The notes beneath the pieces were generated by a model. It made no database searches. It saw only the letters and a program-made list of their open reading frames with translations, and was not told where the DNA came from. The translations under genes were made by a program, and so were the position numbers. Positions 37,003 through 49,499 of a stretch of 64,000 nucleotides of DNA are shown one piece after another; the first letter of the stretch is position 1; each line of letters begins with the position of its first letter. Source of the DNA: Macrostomum hystrix (lineage: Eukaryota; Animalia; Platyhelminthes); NCBI GenBank assembly GCA_950097015.1, contig CATNEN010000039.1, forward strand, positions 6,448,001-6,512,000, written 5' to 3'.

Positions 37003-40000
37003 AGGCCTGGACTTTCTTCAGGGCTGGTCAGCTGAACAACTTGAACGTCAGGAAGGAAAGATTTTCGAATGCTGCTACAGGTCAGTGGAGGGAGCTTTCC
37101 ATTGTTCATGGTGACTTTGATTAAAAAAAGAAACGATCATTGTATTACAGGAGAGCTGCGGTCATTGTGAAGAATAGCAACTGCAGCAGGTGGATTTGCG
37201 TGGTAAAATCGGTAAGAACTGCAGCTGCTTCTACGATTTAACCACAATAATCATCACAGCCCTAATCCTCATTACATATTATTGTGAGTATAACCCTAAA
37301 ATATTAATTTGTCACTCTCCAGTTATTCCTTCACTCTCCAGGTTCTCAGTCACTCTCCAGTTTCTCAGTCACTCTCCAGTTTCTCAGTCACTCTCCAGTT
37401 TCTCAGTCACTCTCCAGTTTCTCAGCCACTCTCCAGTTTCTCAGTCACTCTCCTGTTTCTCAGTCACTCTCCAGTTTCTCAGCCACTCTCCTGTTTCTCA
37501 GTCACTCTCCAGTTTCTCAGCCACTCTCCAGTTTATCAGTCACTGTCCAGTTTCTCAGTCACTCTCCAGTTTCTCAGTTACTGTCCAGTTTCTCAGTCAC
37601 TTTCCAGTTTCTCAGTCACTCTCAGTTTATCAGTTACTGTCCAGTTTCTCAGTCTCACTCCAGTTTATCAGTCACTCTCCAGTTTCTCAGTGACTCATTT
37701 CAGAGCCGAAATCACTCAGCAGCAGTCAGTGATTCTCACCGCAGAGCTTTCAATTGATTTCAGGGCAGCGCCCAGGTTTTACTGGCTCTGGACAAGGTGC
37801 GGCCAAAACTGTCCACCGTGTCACCGCAGAGACCTCAGACAAGCCGCACATTGCAGCGACATCGTCAGGCCCTACCCGCGGAGGCTCCGTATCCGCGAAG
37901 GTCCCACGCAGCGCCGGCTGTTCCGACCGAGCCCGCGGACCGAGAGCAGCCGTTCATCACCCAGCGGCTGCCGACTCGACCGCAAACGACCCCGGGCTCA
38001 CCGGAGGAGAAGTTGGCAAAAAACTCCCGGGGCAGGCGACCGCCAACCGCGGCAGCCAGTGGGCCGGCGGTAAGGCCGCGCTTGAGCTGGCCCTGTTTCA
38101 GCAATAATGATTTAGTGCTCATTTGCGTGCGATCTGTGAATTTCAGGCCAGCCCAAGTCGAAGCGCTGCTTTGCGAGAGCAATCGTTTGCATTTGGTAAG
38201 GGCCATTGGAATCGCTTGATTAATTTCGAATGCTCATCTTTGAGTAGCTAAGGACTCATCTTTGAGTAGCTCAGAACTCATCTTTGAGTAGCTCAGAACT
38301 CATCTTTGAGTAGCTCAGAACTCATCTTTGAGTAGCTCAGGACTCATCTTTGAGTAGCTAAGGACTCATCTTTGAGTAGCTCAGAACTCATCTTTGAGTA
38401 GCTCAGAACTCATCTTTGAGTAGCTCAGGACTCATCTTTGAGTAGCTCAGATCTCATCTTTGAGTAGCTCAGGACTCATCTTTGAGTAGCTCAGGACTCA
38501 TCTTTGAGTAGCTCAGGGCTCATCTTGGAGTAGCTCAGGACTCATCTTTGAGTAGCTCAGGACTCATCTTTGAGTAGCTCAGGACTCATCTTTGAGTAGC
38601 TCAGAACTCATCTTTGAGTAGCTCAGGACTCATCTTTGAGTAGCTCAGGACTCATCTTTGAGTAGCTCAGGACTCATCTTTGAGTAGCTCAGGACTCATC
38701 TTTGAGTAGCTCAGGACTCATCTTCGAGTAGCTCAGGGCTCATCTTTGAGTAGCTCAGATCTCATATTTGAGTAGCTCATGACATATATTTGATTATATA
38801 ACTACGAGGTCTATAATAGCTCGTATTCAAGCTAGCTCGTATTTCAACTACGAGGTCAAGATTCTATAACTACTCGTATAACCTGGTAATGGTCAATTGA
38901 TTTCGTAACTTTGCACATAACCAGATTGCAATTCCACAAGTAGCACTCTCTTATAGTAAGTAGTAGGAGTGACAATGACTTCAGAAAGTAGCAATTTCTA
39001 CTAATCTAATCAACAAAATGCGTTTCCATGCATTTCAGTCCGCGAAGACGAGCTGGAGGAGGACCCCGCGGCATCCCTGGTGGCCACTAACCAGCTGGAC
39101 CGCAGGTACCACCGGTACGACAATGAGACTGACATGCAGCTGGTGAGCACAGATTTCTAAATCTCTAGAGTCGCTTCATGTCTCACCTGTATAATGTCAA
39201 AATAATTATCAAAATCTCACCTGTCTAATCTCAAAATCTCACGTGTCCAATCTCAAAATCTTATCTGTCAAATCTCAAAATTCAACCTGTCTAATCTCAA
39301 AATCCAACCTGTCTAATCCCAAAATCTCACCTGTCTAATCCCAAAATCTCACCTGTCTGATCTCAAAATCTCACCTGTCTATTCTCAAAATCTCACCTGT
39401 CTAATCTCAAAATCTCACCTGTCCAATCTCAAAACCCAACTTGTCTAATATTTCCTGTCTAATTTCAAAATCTCACCCAGATAATTTCAAAATCTCACCT
39501 ATCTAATTTCAAAATCTCACCTGTCTAATTTCAAAATCTCACCTGTCTAATTTCAAAATCTCACCTGTCTAATCTCTAAATCTCCCCTGTCTAATCTCAA
39601 AATCTCACCTGGCTAATTTTGAAATCTCACCTGTCTAATTTCAAAGTCTCATCTCACCTGTCTAATTTCAAAGTCTCATCTCACCTGTCTAATTTCAAAG
39701 TCTCATCTCACCTGTCTAATTTCAAAGTCTCATCTCACCTGTCTAATTTCAAAGTCTCATCTCACCTGTCTAATTTCAAAGTCTCATCTCACCTGTCTAA
39801 TTTCAAAGTCTCATCTCACCCTGTCTAATCTGCCAGCCGGCCCAGCCGGAGTTCGCCAGGCTCCGCACGCTGACCAGAGGCGAAGCGTTCGGCCTTCAGG
39901 AGCTGTTCCGCACGGACCAGCCCAGCCTCAGTCTGGTGAGCGGCTCGCCTGGCACCCGCTGTCTGCTGTTTGAGAAGGCCTACTTTGTTGAGCAGTCACC

Positions 40001-40154
40001 CAAGCAGCTGCTGGATAGGCTGCGCAATCAGGTGGCTCACTACCCGAATAGGCCGGAGCTGCAGAGGCGCCTGCAGGAGCGGGTGAACTGGGAGGCCTAC
40101 AAGCGGCTGCGGGTGCGGCTCGTACTGGAACAGGCGGGCAAAAGGCTCGCCTGA
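37003..40154 (+). CDS. Cyclic nucleotide-binding domain protein (CNBD2-like), 3' exons only
   Basis: Exons 37003-37080 (GLDFLQGWS...CCYR), 37151-37211 (RAAVIVKNSNCSRWICVVKS), 37764-38069 (GSAQVLLAL...), 39039-39142 (REDELEEDP...), 39837-40154 (LRTLTRGEAFGLQELF..QPSLSLVS...YP..ELQRRLQERVNWEAY). There is a phase mismatch between exons 3 and 4, and the 5' exons were not found. Confidence 0.7.
37310..37695. repeat. 19-bp minisatellite (cactctccagtttctcagt)n
   Basis: Intronic tandem units. Confidence 0.9.
38232..38778. repeat. 22-bp minisatellite (actcatctttgagtagctcagg)n
   Basis: About 25 intronic units. Confidence 0.95.
39180..39828. repeat. 22-bp to 27-bp minisatellite (tctcacctgtctaat[c/t]tcaaa...)n
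   Basis: Diverged 22-bp units followed by perfect 27-bp units, ending about 8 nt before a splice acceptor. Confidence 0.9.
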
Positions 40155-40387
40155 TTGGCTATAGCGTCGCCTCTGGACTAGGCGATATATCATAATCTCA
40201 TCTCCTGTCTTGTTTGACTTCGATGCAAATTTTTTTATCATACTACAGCTACTCAGAGTAGTAAAAGCAAAATTGATTTTTGTACTTAAAATTAAAAAAA
40301 CTTCTTTGTTGACCAAAACTGTGAACTTTTTAAAAAAATTGTAAATTTACACTCGCCTAAATTGGCTCAGATTTGCAAAGATAAGCC

Positions 40388-42300
40388 TATGCTACTCAGG
40401 ACTCAAAGATGAGTACATGCTACTCAGGACTCAAAGATGAGTACATGCTACTCAGGACTCAAAGATGAGTACATGCTACTCAGGACTCAAAGATGAGTAC
40501 ATGCTACTCAGGACTCAAAGATGAGCGTATGCTACTCAGGACTCAAAGATGAGTATATGCTACTCAGGACACAAAGATGAGTATATGCTACTCAGGACTC
40601 AAAGATGAGTACATGCTACTCAGGACTCAAAGATGAGTATATGCTACTCAGGACTCAAAGATGAGTACATGCTACTCAGGACTCAAAGATGAGCGTATGC
40701 TATTCAGGACACAAAGATGAGTATATGCTACTCAGGACACAAAGATGAGTATATGCTACTCAGGACTCAAAGATGAGTACATGCTACTCAGGACTCAAAG
40801 ATGAGCGTATGCTACTCAGGACTCAAAGATGAGTATATGCTACTCAGGACACAAAGATGAGTATATGCTACTCAGGACTCAAAGATGAGTACATGCTACT
40901 CAGGACTCAAAGATGAGCGTATGCTACTCAGGACACAAATATGAGTATATGCTATTCAGGACACAAAGATGAGTATATGCTACTCAGGACACAAAGATGA
41001 GTATATGCTACTCAGGACTCAAAGATGAGTACATGCTACTCAGGACTCAAAGATGAGTATATGCTACTCAGGACTCAAAGATGAGTACATGCTACTCAGG
41101 ACACAAAGATGAGTATATGCTACTCAGGACACAAAGATGAGTATATGCTACTCAGGACTCAAAGATGAGTATATGCTACTCAGGACTCAAAGATGAGTAT
41201 ATGCTACTCAGGACTCAAAGATGAGTATATGCTACTCAGGACTCAAAGATGAGTATATGCTACTCAGGACTCAAAGATGAGTATATGCTACTCAGGACTC
41301 AAAGATGAGTACATGCTACTCAGGACTCAAAGATGAGTATATGCTACTCAGGACACAAAGATGAGTATATGCTACTCAGGACACAAAGATGAGTATATGC
41401 CACTCAGGACACAAAGATGAGTATATGCTACTCAGGACTCAAAGATGAGTATATGCTACTCAGGACTCAAAGATGAGTACATGCTACTCAGGACTCAAAG
41501 ATGAGTATATGCTACTCAGGACACAAAGATGAGTATATGCTACTCAGGACTCAAAGATGAGTACATGCTACTCAGGACTCAAAGATGAGTATATGCTACT
41601 CAGGACTCAAAGATGAGTACATGCTACTCAGGACTCAAAGAGAGTACATGCTACTCAGGACTCAAAGATGAGTACATGCTACTCAGGACTCAAAGATGAG
41701 TATATGCTACTCAGGACACAAAGATGAGTATATGCTACTCAGGACTCAAAGATGAGTACATGCTACTCAGGACTCAAAGATGAGCGTATGCTACTCAGGA
41801 CACAAAGATGAGTATATGCTACTCAGGACTCAAAGATGAGTACATGCTACTCAGGACTCAAAGATGAGTATATGCTACTCAGGACTCAAAGATGAGTACA
41901 TGCTACTCAGGACACAAAGATGAGTATATGCTACTCAGGACACAAAGATGAGTATATGCTACTCAGGACTCAAAGATGAGTATATGCTACTCAGGACTCA
42001 AAGATGAGTATATGCTACTCAGGACACAAAGATGAGTATATGCTACTCAGGACTCAAAGATGAGTATATGCTACTCAGGACTCAAAGATGAGTATATGCT
42101 ACTCAGGACTCAAAGATGAGTATATGCTACTCAGGACTCAAAGATGAGTATATGCTACTCAGGACTCAAAGATGAGTATATGCTACTCAGGACTCAAAGA
42201 TGAGTACATGCTACTCAGGACTCAAAGATGAGTATATGCTACTCAGGACTCAAAGATGAGTACATGCTACTCAGGACTCAAAGATGAGTATATGCTACTC
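40388..42300. repeat. 28-bp satellite (gctactcaggactcaaagatgagtatat)n
   Basis: About 68 near-perfect units between the converging CNBD and PSMD9 genes. Confidence 0.97.
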
Positions 42301-43235
42301 ATACTCCTCGATTGGGCCAGAAGTGCAGCCGAAAGCATAGCCGCAGCTTGAAGCCGAACCACTGACCTTCAAGTCGTATAGAATATATGTAATCTATACA
42401 CATCTTATATACTAAAAATGAAAATCTTGCTTGCTTGCTTGCTTGTATGTTACTAAGCCCTCGTTCGTGTAAGACAAATTTATAGAAACAAAAACTAGAA
42501 AAACACAATCAACCATTGCTTTCGGTCTTGACATTTCCCTTCTTAGGGAAGCAATTCTAACAAAAAATAAAACAAAAGTTAAATTCACCAGACATTTACT
42601 TGAATTCATGAACAAAATGCAGACAAGTTGGTAACAGGATGCAGTGCCTGAATAAATAGCATAGTAAGCGAGCAATAAAACATTACAAGCAGCTCATTTT
42701 AAGGCCTCAATAGTAAAAGCCAATTGTAAGTAAATAGAGAGTACCTTTGGGATCATATCTGAGTACCCACCTACAAATTTGAATATTGCTATCTGCGATC
42801 CCATCTGTGCTTTGAAGGGATTTGGATCACGATTGGGGATTTTAGAAGCATCGGAACCCAACCCATGTCTGGGGATTTTAGAAACATTGGGATCTTGTTA
42901 TGGGGATTTTAGAAACATGTTCTGGGATCTTGTTCTGGGGATTTTAGAAGAATCTGGATCTTGTCTGAAGACATAAGAATAATCAGGATCTTTTCTGAGA
43001 ATTTGAGGAGAATTAGGATCGTGTCTTGCGCCTTGAAGTGTTCTGAATCATGCCTAGGGATTTCAGGAGATTGTGATCATGGGATTCGAAGAAGACTAGG
43101 AGGTAATTTGTCATCAATTTGAAGATTATTATTGTTTCTAATTATGGCTTATGTGAGTACAAAATAAGAACTGATTGAGAACAACGCTGAAGAAGTTCGC
43201 ACTGATTCACAGCTGGCTATTCCAAGCTCGCCAGC

Positions 43236-44463
43236 CTAGCCGTCCCGCTGAGCGGCCTGCGGCTCGAGCAGCCTGCAGCCGAGAATGCCGCCGCGGCTGC
43301 CCGGCCACTGGCTGCCGGGCGTCACCACGGCGTGTCGGCGGCGGCGATCCGACGAGCCCAGCAGGGCGAAGATCACCGGCCTGCCGAGACGCTCGCGCAG
43401 GTGCTCGGCGATGGCCGTCAGTGGCGGTCGCGGAGCTGCGCCGCTTAGCGGGCCCACGCGCAGAACAATGTCGCCGGGCTGGAGGCCAGCGGCGGCTGCC
43501 GGGGAGCCAGAATCAACCTGCGCGATTTGTGGGAGCGGGAGGCAGAAATTTTGTACAGCTGTTCAGTCCATGGACTGCGCTGGGGTAACACCAAATTTTA
43601 CAGGTTGATCCAAGGCTGAGATTCGAACTTCAGAACTCTCAAATAGAAATCCTTAGTGATTGCAAATTTAGGGTGCAGCCTCAGAGAGAAGGCTGGGGAG
43701 CTTGTCTAGCTATCTACGCCAATGAGGGCCAACCTCTGAGTCACAGTAAAAGTGTACGCTGCCAGGTGTACGCACCCCTGTGTGAGCATGTGCTCAGGAG
43801 TCAGCGGAATGGACAGAATTGCCTCCTCGCTGGCTGCGGGTCGACTGTCGCTTCAGTGCCCACAGCCTTTATGAGTATTATTATTATCTGGAACATTTAT
43901 TAACCTGTCTATATTTAAAGCCCATACATCAGGTGGCATACCTGGCCGACAACAGCCAGCGCTGGCTCCGTTGATGCCGCCTGCCTCGCGGTAGACGTCA
44001 ACGACAACTGGTCGATGCCGGCGACGCTGTTGTCAGTGCCGCTGGCAGAGATGAGCGAGTGCAGCCGATGCAGCAGCGGCTCGATGCGGCCAGTCAGGGC
44101 GGAGTAATCGTTGCGCAATTCGTGCGCCCGGCTGCGCAAGTGGCGCACAGCGTAGACGTCGACATCGGCCAATGGGAAGCCTTCGGCGTCGACTAAAGGC
44201 GGCGAGGTCAGGCCGACTCCGTGTTCCTTGGCGAGCCTGTCAACAATTTCTGCCAGCTCGTTGTCTATGGCGTCCCGCTGAAGCGACAAATCATCTAGAA
44301 GACGACGCAAGCTGGGAGCGTCTTCGGCGAGGTCAATGACGGTGTCGTCGGTTTTCGCCAGCTCTGTACCGTTCGCCAACGCTTGGCTACCTGCTGGACC
44401 GTCGCCGAATTGCTGGTTGTCCGCCAGGTCGGCCCGTGTGTCGTTTGTGTTGGATGAGGACGT
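43236..44463 (-). CDS. PSMD9: 26S proteasome assembly chaperone p27/Nas2 (no in-frame ATG found)
   Basis: Exon 44463-43942 (ttacag|ACG TCC..., Nas2_N motif LVDAEGFPLADVDVYAVRHLR...LRNDY). Exon 43517-43236 (PDZ-like VDSGSPAAAAGLQPGDIV...W.G..GILGCRL). Phase-0 junction. Confidence 0.9.
43615..43888 (+). mobile_element. SINE family B copy in the PSMD9 intron
   Basis: tgtgctcaggagtcagcggaatggacagaattgcctcctcgctggctgcgggtc matches the 26405-26760 copy; (tat)n tail; degraded head. Confidence 0.75.
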
Positions 44464-45901
44464 CTGTAAGTTAAAAAGGAAATTTTGCCTTAAATATATT
44501 ATCAGATAAATAGTGAATCAAATATTATATTAATTTTTACTGTGATGGAATACACAATATCCACTAGATCATAATGAGAAAATTAATTACAAAGGCAGAG
44601 ATGGTCATTTTTAGTATATTACTTGTATATAAATATCTTTGCGTTCCTTATGTTTTTATGATATGGAATGTGGCAAAATGGCAATCATAATGTGAATATA
44701 TATGACATTCTATAACTTGAGCTAAGACAATCTACAAGGAGCTATATACACTGACTTAATGATATAGTTGATAACTAGAAACTGTATTATTGTTATTATT
44801 ATTGTATTTTTGTTATGAATATAGTGCTCTACAGGAGAACTGAACAGGTCTCTTTGGTAATAAATAATTTAATACAAACTGACAGTCAGTCAAATCAGAG
44901 CTTATTTGGTTAGAAAACATAGAAAACTAGGTAAGAATAAGACAAAGAAATTTCAAAATAGTGACATTTAGTTTTGAAATCTAATTTTGCAATTACCCTG
45001 TAGCACTGACACTGTCTTGCAAAAATATTATTAATGAGTGCATTTTAACACAATAAATATATTCATACATGATCATACATGCGCACAACACAGTAAACAT
45101 AAATATTTAATACATCCAATTGTTTATTGATATGCTTCTATCTTCTATATATTCTTCTAGCTATAGCAATTATTATAGTATACTAGTAATATAGTAAAAT
45201 GTATTCTTTGCATGTCATATATAATTTTTATATTATTTTATTTTCAGTTAGTTTAATATACATATATATATTACTGATACTAATCACTACAATTTAATAT
45301 AGATGAGAAAAATTAATATGGTACACGTAGTAAACCTTAAAGATATAAGTAAATTTAGGATACATGTGATTCTAAGCCTATGGGTAGGCCGGTAAAGAGA
45401 GTAGTTCATTTTAATCCTTTATCTGGAAATTTGTTTATTTTTTCATTAGATTTATAGAGGCTACTGCCAAGCAGTTTCTTTTTTATGCCTCTCCAAATGT
45501 CATTCTGTCCAATTCCATAGTAAAATTGACACTATGTCGTAAGGAAACGATAAGTGCCATGAAAATAGCGCAAGTTAATCCATGGCCTGTATCTGTACAC
45601 ACGCTTAATCATGGTGATTTCGCAGAATTAAAAAACAGTTAAAAATACGCCACAATGACAGAACATAACAAACGTTAAGAAAATTTTGTACTGTAAACGA
45701 TTTAAATAATCAATTTAATGTAAACGCAGTTAAGTAAATATAAATTATTTAAAAAAATTTCAACTTGCTTAAAAATTTAGAACTCAAACGTACTCGAAGC
45801 CCTGTGCGGGGGTTTAATGGCTTAAATGAAACTAACACAAATATAAGAAATTATTTCTATTACTTATCAAATACTAAGCATCCTTCACTCATAAAATTAA
45901 T

Positions 45902-46207
45902 TAATAATAATAATAATTGATTACACCTGCCCCAATCGGGCCAGATGTGCAGCCGACAGCACAGCCGCAGCTATTGCGCGGCGCATCTGAAGGCTACGTA
46001 CAGCTGTTCAGTCCATGGACTGGGGGGACGCCACACCCACCTTCAATTATCCCAGCTGATGCTGGTACCCATTTAACAGCTGGGTGAACTGAAGCAATGC
46101 AGAGTTAAGTGTCTTGCTAAAGGACACAAATTGTTTCAGTGGAGTCGGGAATCGAACCCCCGACCTTCAAGTCGTTAGTCCGACGCCCTAACCACTAGGA
46201 TACAACC
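45902..46207 (-). mobile_element. tRNA-derived CORE-type SINE, family A (copy 2)
   Basis: Same head and body as 15005-15290, with a (tta)n tail at 45902-45916. Fragments also at ~43552-43575 and ~58160-58280. Confidence 0.85.
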
Positions 46208-46259
46208 TCTCATAGAATGCCAGTTAATTCTAGTGCTTGTATGTTAGGGCTCTATGACC

Positions 46260-46591
46260 TGGCGCAGCCAGCTCCCTGTTAGGCCCGGGCAAGGAGGCCT
46301 TCACCCGGGCAAGGCTAAAACATCTCGGGCCGGCGCCGACCCTAGTCGAAGCCTGCTCGCCCGAGAACATTCCGCAGCTCGCCCACTTCCTTCGGGACAC
46401 CGGCCGAGCTGATCTCTTCCCAGCCTATGGCGAGGGGGATCGCGCGGCGGAACCGACCGACGGACCACCCTGAGCGGCACCGCCTCGCTGGAGGCCGTCC
46501 GGCTGCCAGGGGTTAGCGATATGGGCGGCACCGGCCGCCTCCTCGCTGCGTCCGTCATGGAGGCTCCCTGCCGCTAATTCAAAGTAAGTCA
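46260..46591 (+). mobile_element. 5'-truncated LINE (R1/LOA/I-group-like 3' end) with 14-bp TSD
   Basis: Flanked by the direct repeat agggctctatgacc (46246-46259, 46592-46605). Encodes an ORF C-terminus (AFTRARLKHLG...QLAHFLRDTGR...stop), a structured 3'UTR and an aagtaagtc tail. Clade assignment is an inference. Confidence 0.75.
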
Positions 46592-47029
46592 AGGGCTCTA
46601 TGACCATTCCGCAACAGTATACAAGTTAATTAATATAATGATGCTCTAGATCGAGACATTTGAATAAAAAATAACTTTAAAGCGCCACGTAAAGTTTCTC
46701 TGGATAATGATGAAATAAATTCTTCCGTATGGGTAAAACATTGCGATATTGTACTTGCACTTGCAAAGCCCTTGACTTACGTTATCAGTATAACTTCGGT
46801 AATACAACAATCAAAAGCAAATATATAGAAAAAAGCAAAGCTCAGTGACAAAAGAGCAAGAAAGACTATTATACAAAGATCTTAAACAAAGAATGGAAAA
46901 AATATTAGACTGATCTGATTGGCAAGAATCACACTACAAAATAATATAAGGCATGCAAACAACTGAACTGATTCGTCAGCGAAGGAAGCCCACTGTAGAA
47001 CCACCCAGGTTAGATCAGCAGCGGCGAAT

Positions 47030-48999
47030 TTAAAGTGAGTCAAAAATCACTTGCGCAATGCAGTCTCGAATCTCCTTACCATCACTGGGCATATCTATTG
47101 CGCCATGATAGGTGCGAAATCGGTAAAGATGGGTTCGAACCCCGGCACGACGCAACCGGTCAGCGTAGAGGATGGCGTCGTCGCGCAGCGGGTCGAATTC
47201 GCAAGCCAGAATGTGAGCCGGTGGCAGGTCCAGTTTTTCAAGATCGGCGCCTAGCAACGGAGAGACGCGAAAATCGGTTGATAGGGCCACAACGCGAGAG
47301 GCTTCAGACTCGCTGATGTCGGCGGAAGCTTTCCGATCGTCAGGACTGACGGTCAAGCGCTGAAGTTGTAACCGATAAAAGTTTAAGACCGTTGTACTAG
47401 CGACAATAATAGCCTGTTCCAACTCCCCTAAGCGGCAAATTACCTGGCCTGTAGCTTTCTCGTAGGCGACTTGAGCGGCCTCAGTCGCGTGACCGTTCAG
47501 CCCAATCCACTCGGAGGCTTGCAGATTCCCAGTCAGATACAGGCTGACAAATCTCTTCATTCTTAACGGCTTCATTAGGCCCACGCTGGACTGGCTGAGG
47601 TAGGAGTCTGTTCTCAGGTTGAGCACCTGGGTTACCGGGTACACAATGAGCTGCAGTTTCGGCCGGTGCGGGCTGCCCACACGGCGTAGCTGCTGTGCCA
47701 CCGAGGCAGTCAGCTGGCCGCCCGCGCTGTCGCCGGCCAAAGCGATCCTGCCGGCGTCGAGGCCGAGCGACCCGGCTTCGGCGAAGATGGCCAGCGTGGC
47801 CGACAGGCAGTCGTCAAAGGCGGCGGGATATGATTGTACAGGGGACAGGCGGTACCTGTGAGGTGGGGTTGAAAGTAGAGAAGCTGAATGAAAATAAAAT
47901 GTATAGAGTAGCTCTTTACTCCTATTCTACTCTAAGAGTATATACCCATTCACGTTTTTCCCAATCCATTAAAGCTCTCATCCTGCCGGTTCACACAAAT
48001 ATCCAAACCATTCAAAAACCCACCCAAGCAAACGCACCTCAGGCCAAATAGGGTGACGCCGGTTTTATTGACAATTTCGGCAAAAATTTGGCTGTACATC
48101 TCAGGCGCGCCAAACGCCCAGCCGCCTCCGTGAATGTAAATGACGGCTGCCGAGGAGCGGACTCCAGTTGGCCTGTCAGACTGCGCTGGCTCCACTACAA
48201 GAGTTTGAATGCCGTCAAATTGGCGATAGTAGTAGGCCGCAAAGCTGTTATTAGATGGCGTTGGAAATACCAAGCCTGTGAACCGGTGGACCATTGTTTC
48301 GAAGCTCCCAAGTTTAACAACTTCCAATAGTCGGCCCTGCGCATTGGTTTCGGATGAAAATAGAGTAACTAAATTGTTCGTGAGGTTTATAAGGTGTCAG
48401 TTCTTGCTGGGAGGTGCCAGATGTGGCTGGAAGGTGTCAGATGTGGCCGGGAGGTGTCAGACGAGGTTAGGAGGAGTCAGTTCTTGCTGGGAGGTGCCAG
48501 ATGTGGCTGGGAGGTGTCAGATGTGGCTGGGAGGTGTCAGATGAGGTTTGGAGGTGTCAGATCTGGCTAGGAGGTGTCAGATGTGGCTGGGAGGTGTCAG
48601 ATGTGGCTGGGAGGTGTCAGATGTGGCTGGGAGGTGTCAGATGAGGTTTGGAGGTGTCAGATCTGGCTAGGAGGTGTCAGATGTGGCTGGGAGGTGTCAG
48701 ATGTGGCTGGGAGGTGTCAGATGTGGCTGGGAGGTGTCAGATGAGGTTTGGAGGTGTCAGATCTGGCTAGGAGGTGTCAGATGCGGCTTAGAAGTGTCAG
48801 ATGTAGCTGGGAGGGTTGGCAGTAGAAATAACAATATGCTTACTAGCGTTGTCAAAAACTTGAGTACGGCGCATCGAGCTGCTATGAGGGCCCGGTCCTG
48901 TACGCTCTCGTGTGGGGCATCGTACAGGCAGAATGCCAGCAGGCAGGCTGCCACAGTGCTGGCGAGCAGTACGGCGACTTGGCAGTTGCAGCGAGACAT
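47030..48999 (-). CDS. Arylacetamide deacetylase / NCEH1-like HSL-family carboxylesterase, paralog B (~398 aa)
   Basis: Exons 48999-48844 (N-terminal membrane anchor), 48336-48038 (IYIHGGGW), 47855-47444 (YRLSP, AGDSAGG), 47359-47030 (EFDPLRDD, TYHG). Total 1197 nt, phase-consistent. Confidence 0.92.
48390..48815. repeat. 20-bp minisatellite (ggaggtgtcagatgtggctg)n
   Basis: Fills most of intron 1 of esterase B. Confidence 0.9.
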
Positions 49000-49499
49000 T
49001 GGCGACTGAGCTGAGGATAAAACGGAAGCGTGGTTGATTTTGCGTGCAATATAGGTGACGGGTTGATCACCGGCAGGACTTTAAGGATTGGCTGACTGGT
49101 GTACATTAGAGTCACGTGGGATAGCCCATCAAATCTTACATTGTGTTTTAATAGGGGAGACCGAGACTTTAGAGTAAATTACTTAAAAAGAATAATACGA
49201 TTAACTCTTATTGCCAAAAAAGATTGTCAAAAAACAAAGAACAAAAACAAATGTTGATTTTTCAAATGTAGCAAAAAATTTTAAATCGAGACATTCTTAT
49301 ACATAAAATACGAATGTGTATAATTGAGCTCAGATCCTTTGGCAACACTAGTATGCATGATTTCAAATTGACTCCAATCAGGAAAAAATCACAGAAAACT
49401 CTCCATAAGTTTTTATAAAGTCAAACCCTACTACTTCCAATACTGGAATGAATCGCAACGGTGGCATTAAGAAGCCTTCGTGATATTAAAATAATTTTT

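Noticed and set aside
40388-42300. CRISPR-like array (palindromic 28-30 bp units)
   Set aside because: Units are head-to-tail with no unique spacers, there are no cas genes, and the context is eukaryotic.
43800-43870. HDV-like ribozyme (GCCTCCTCGCTGGC matches the HDV P3/L3 segment as I recall it)
   Set aside because: No P1 partner, no P1.1 GG and no J4/2-P2 could be found. The segment folds better as simple SINE 3' hairpins.
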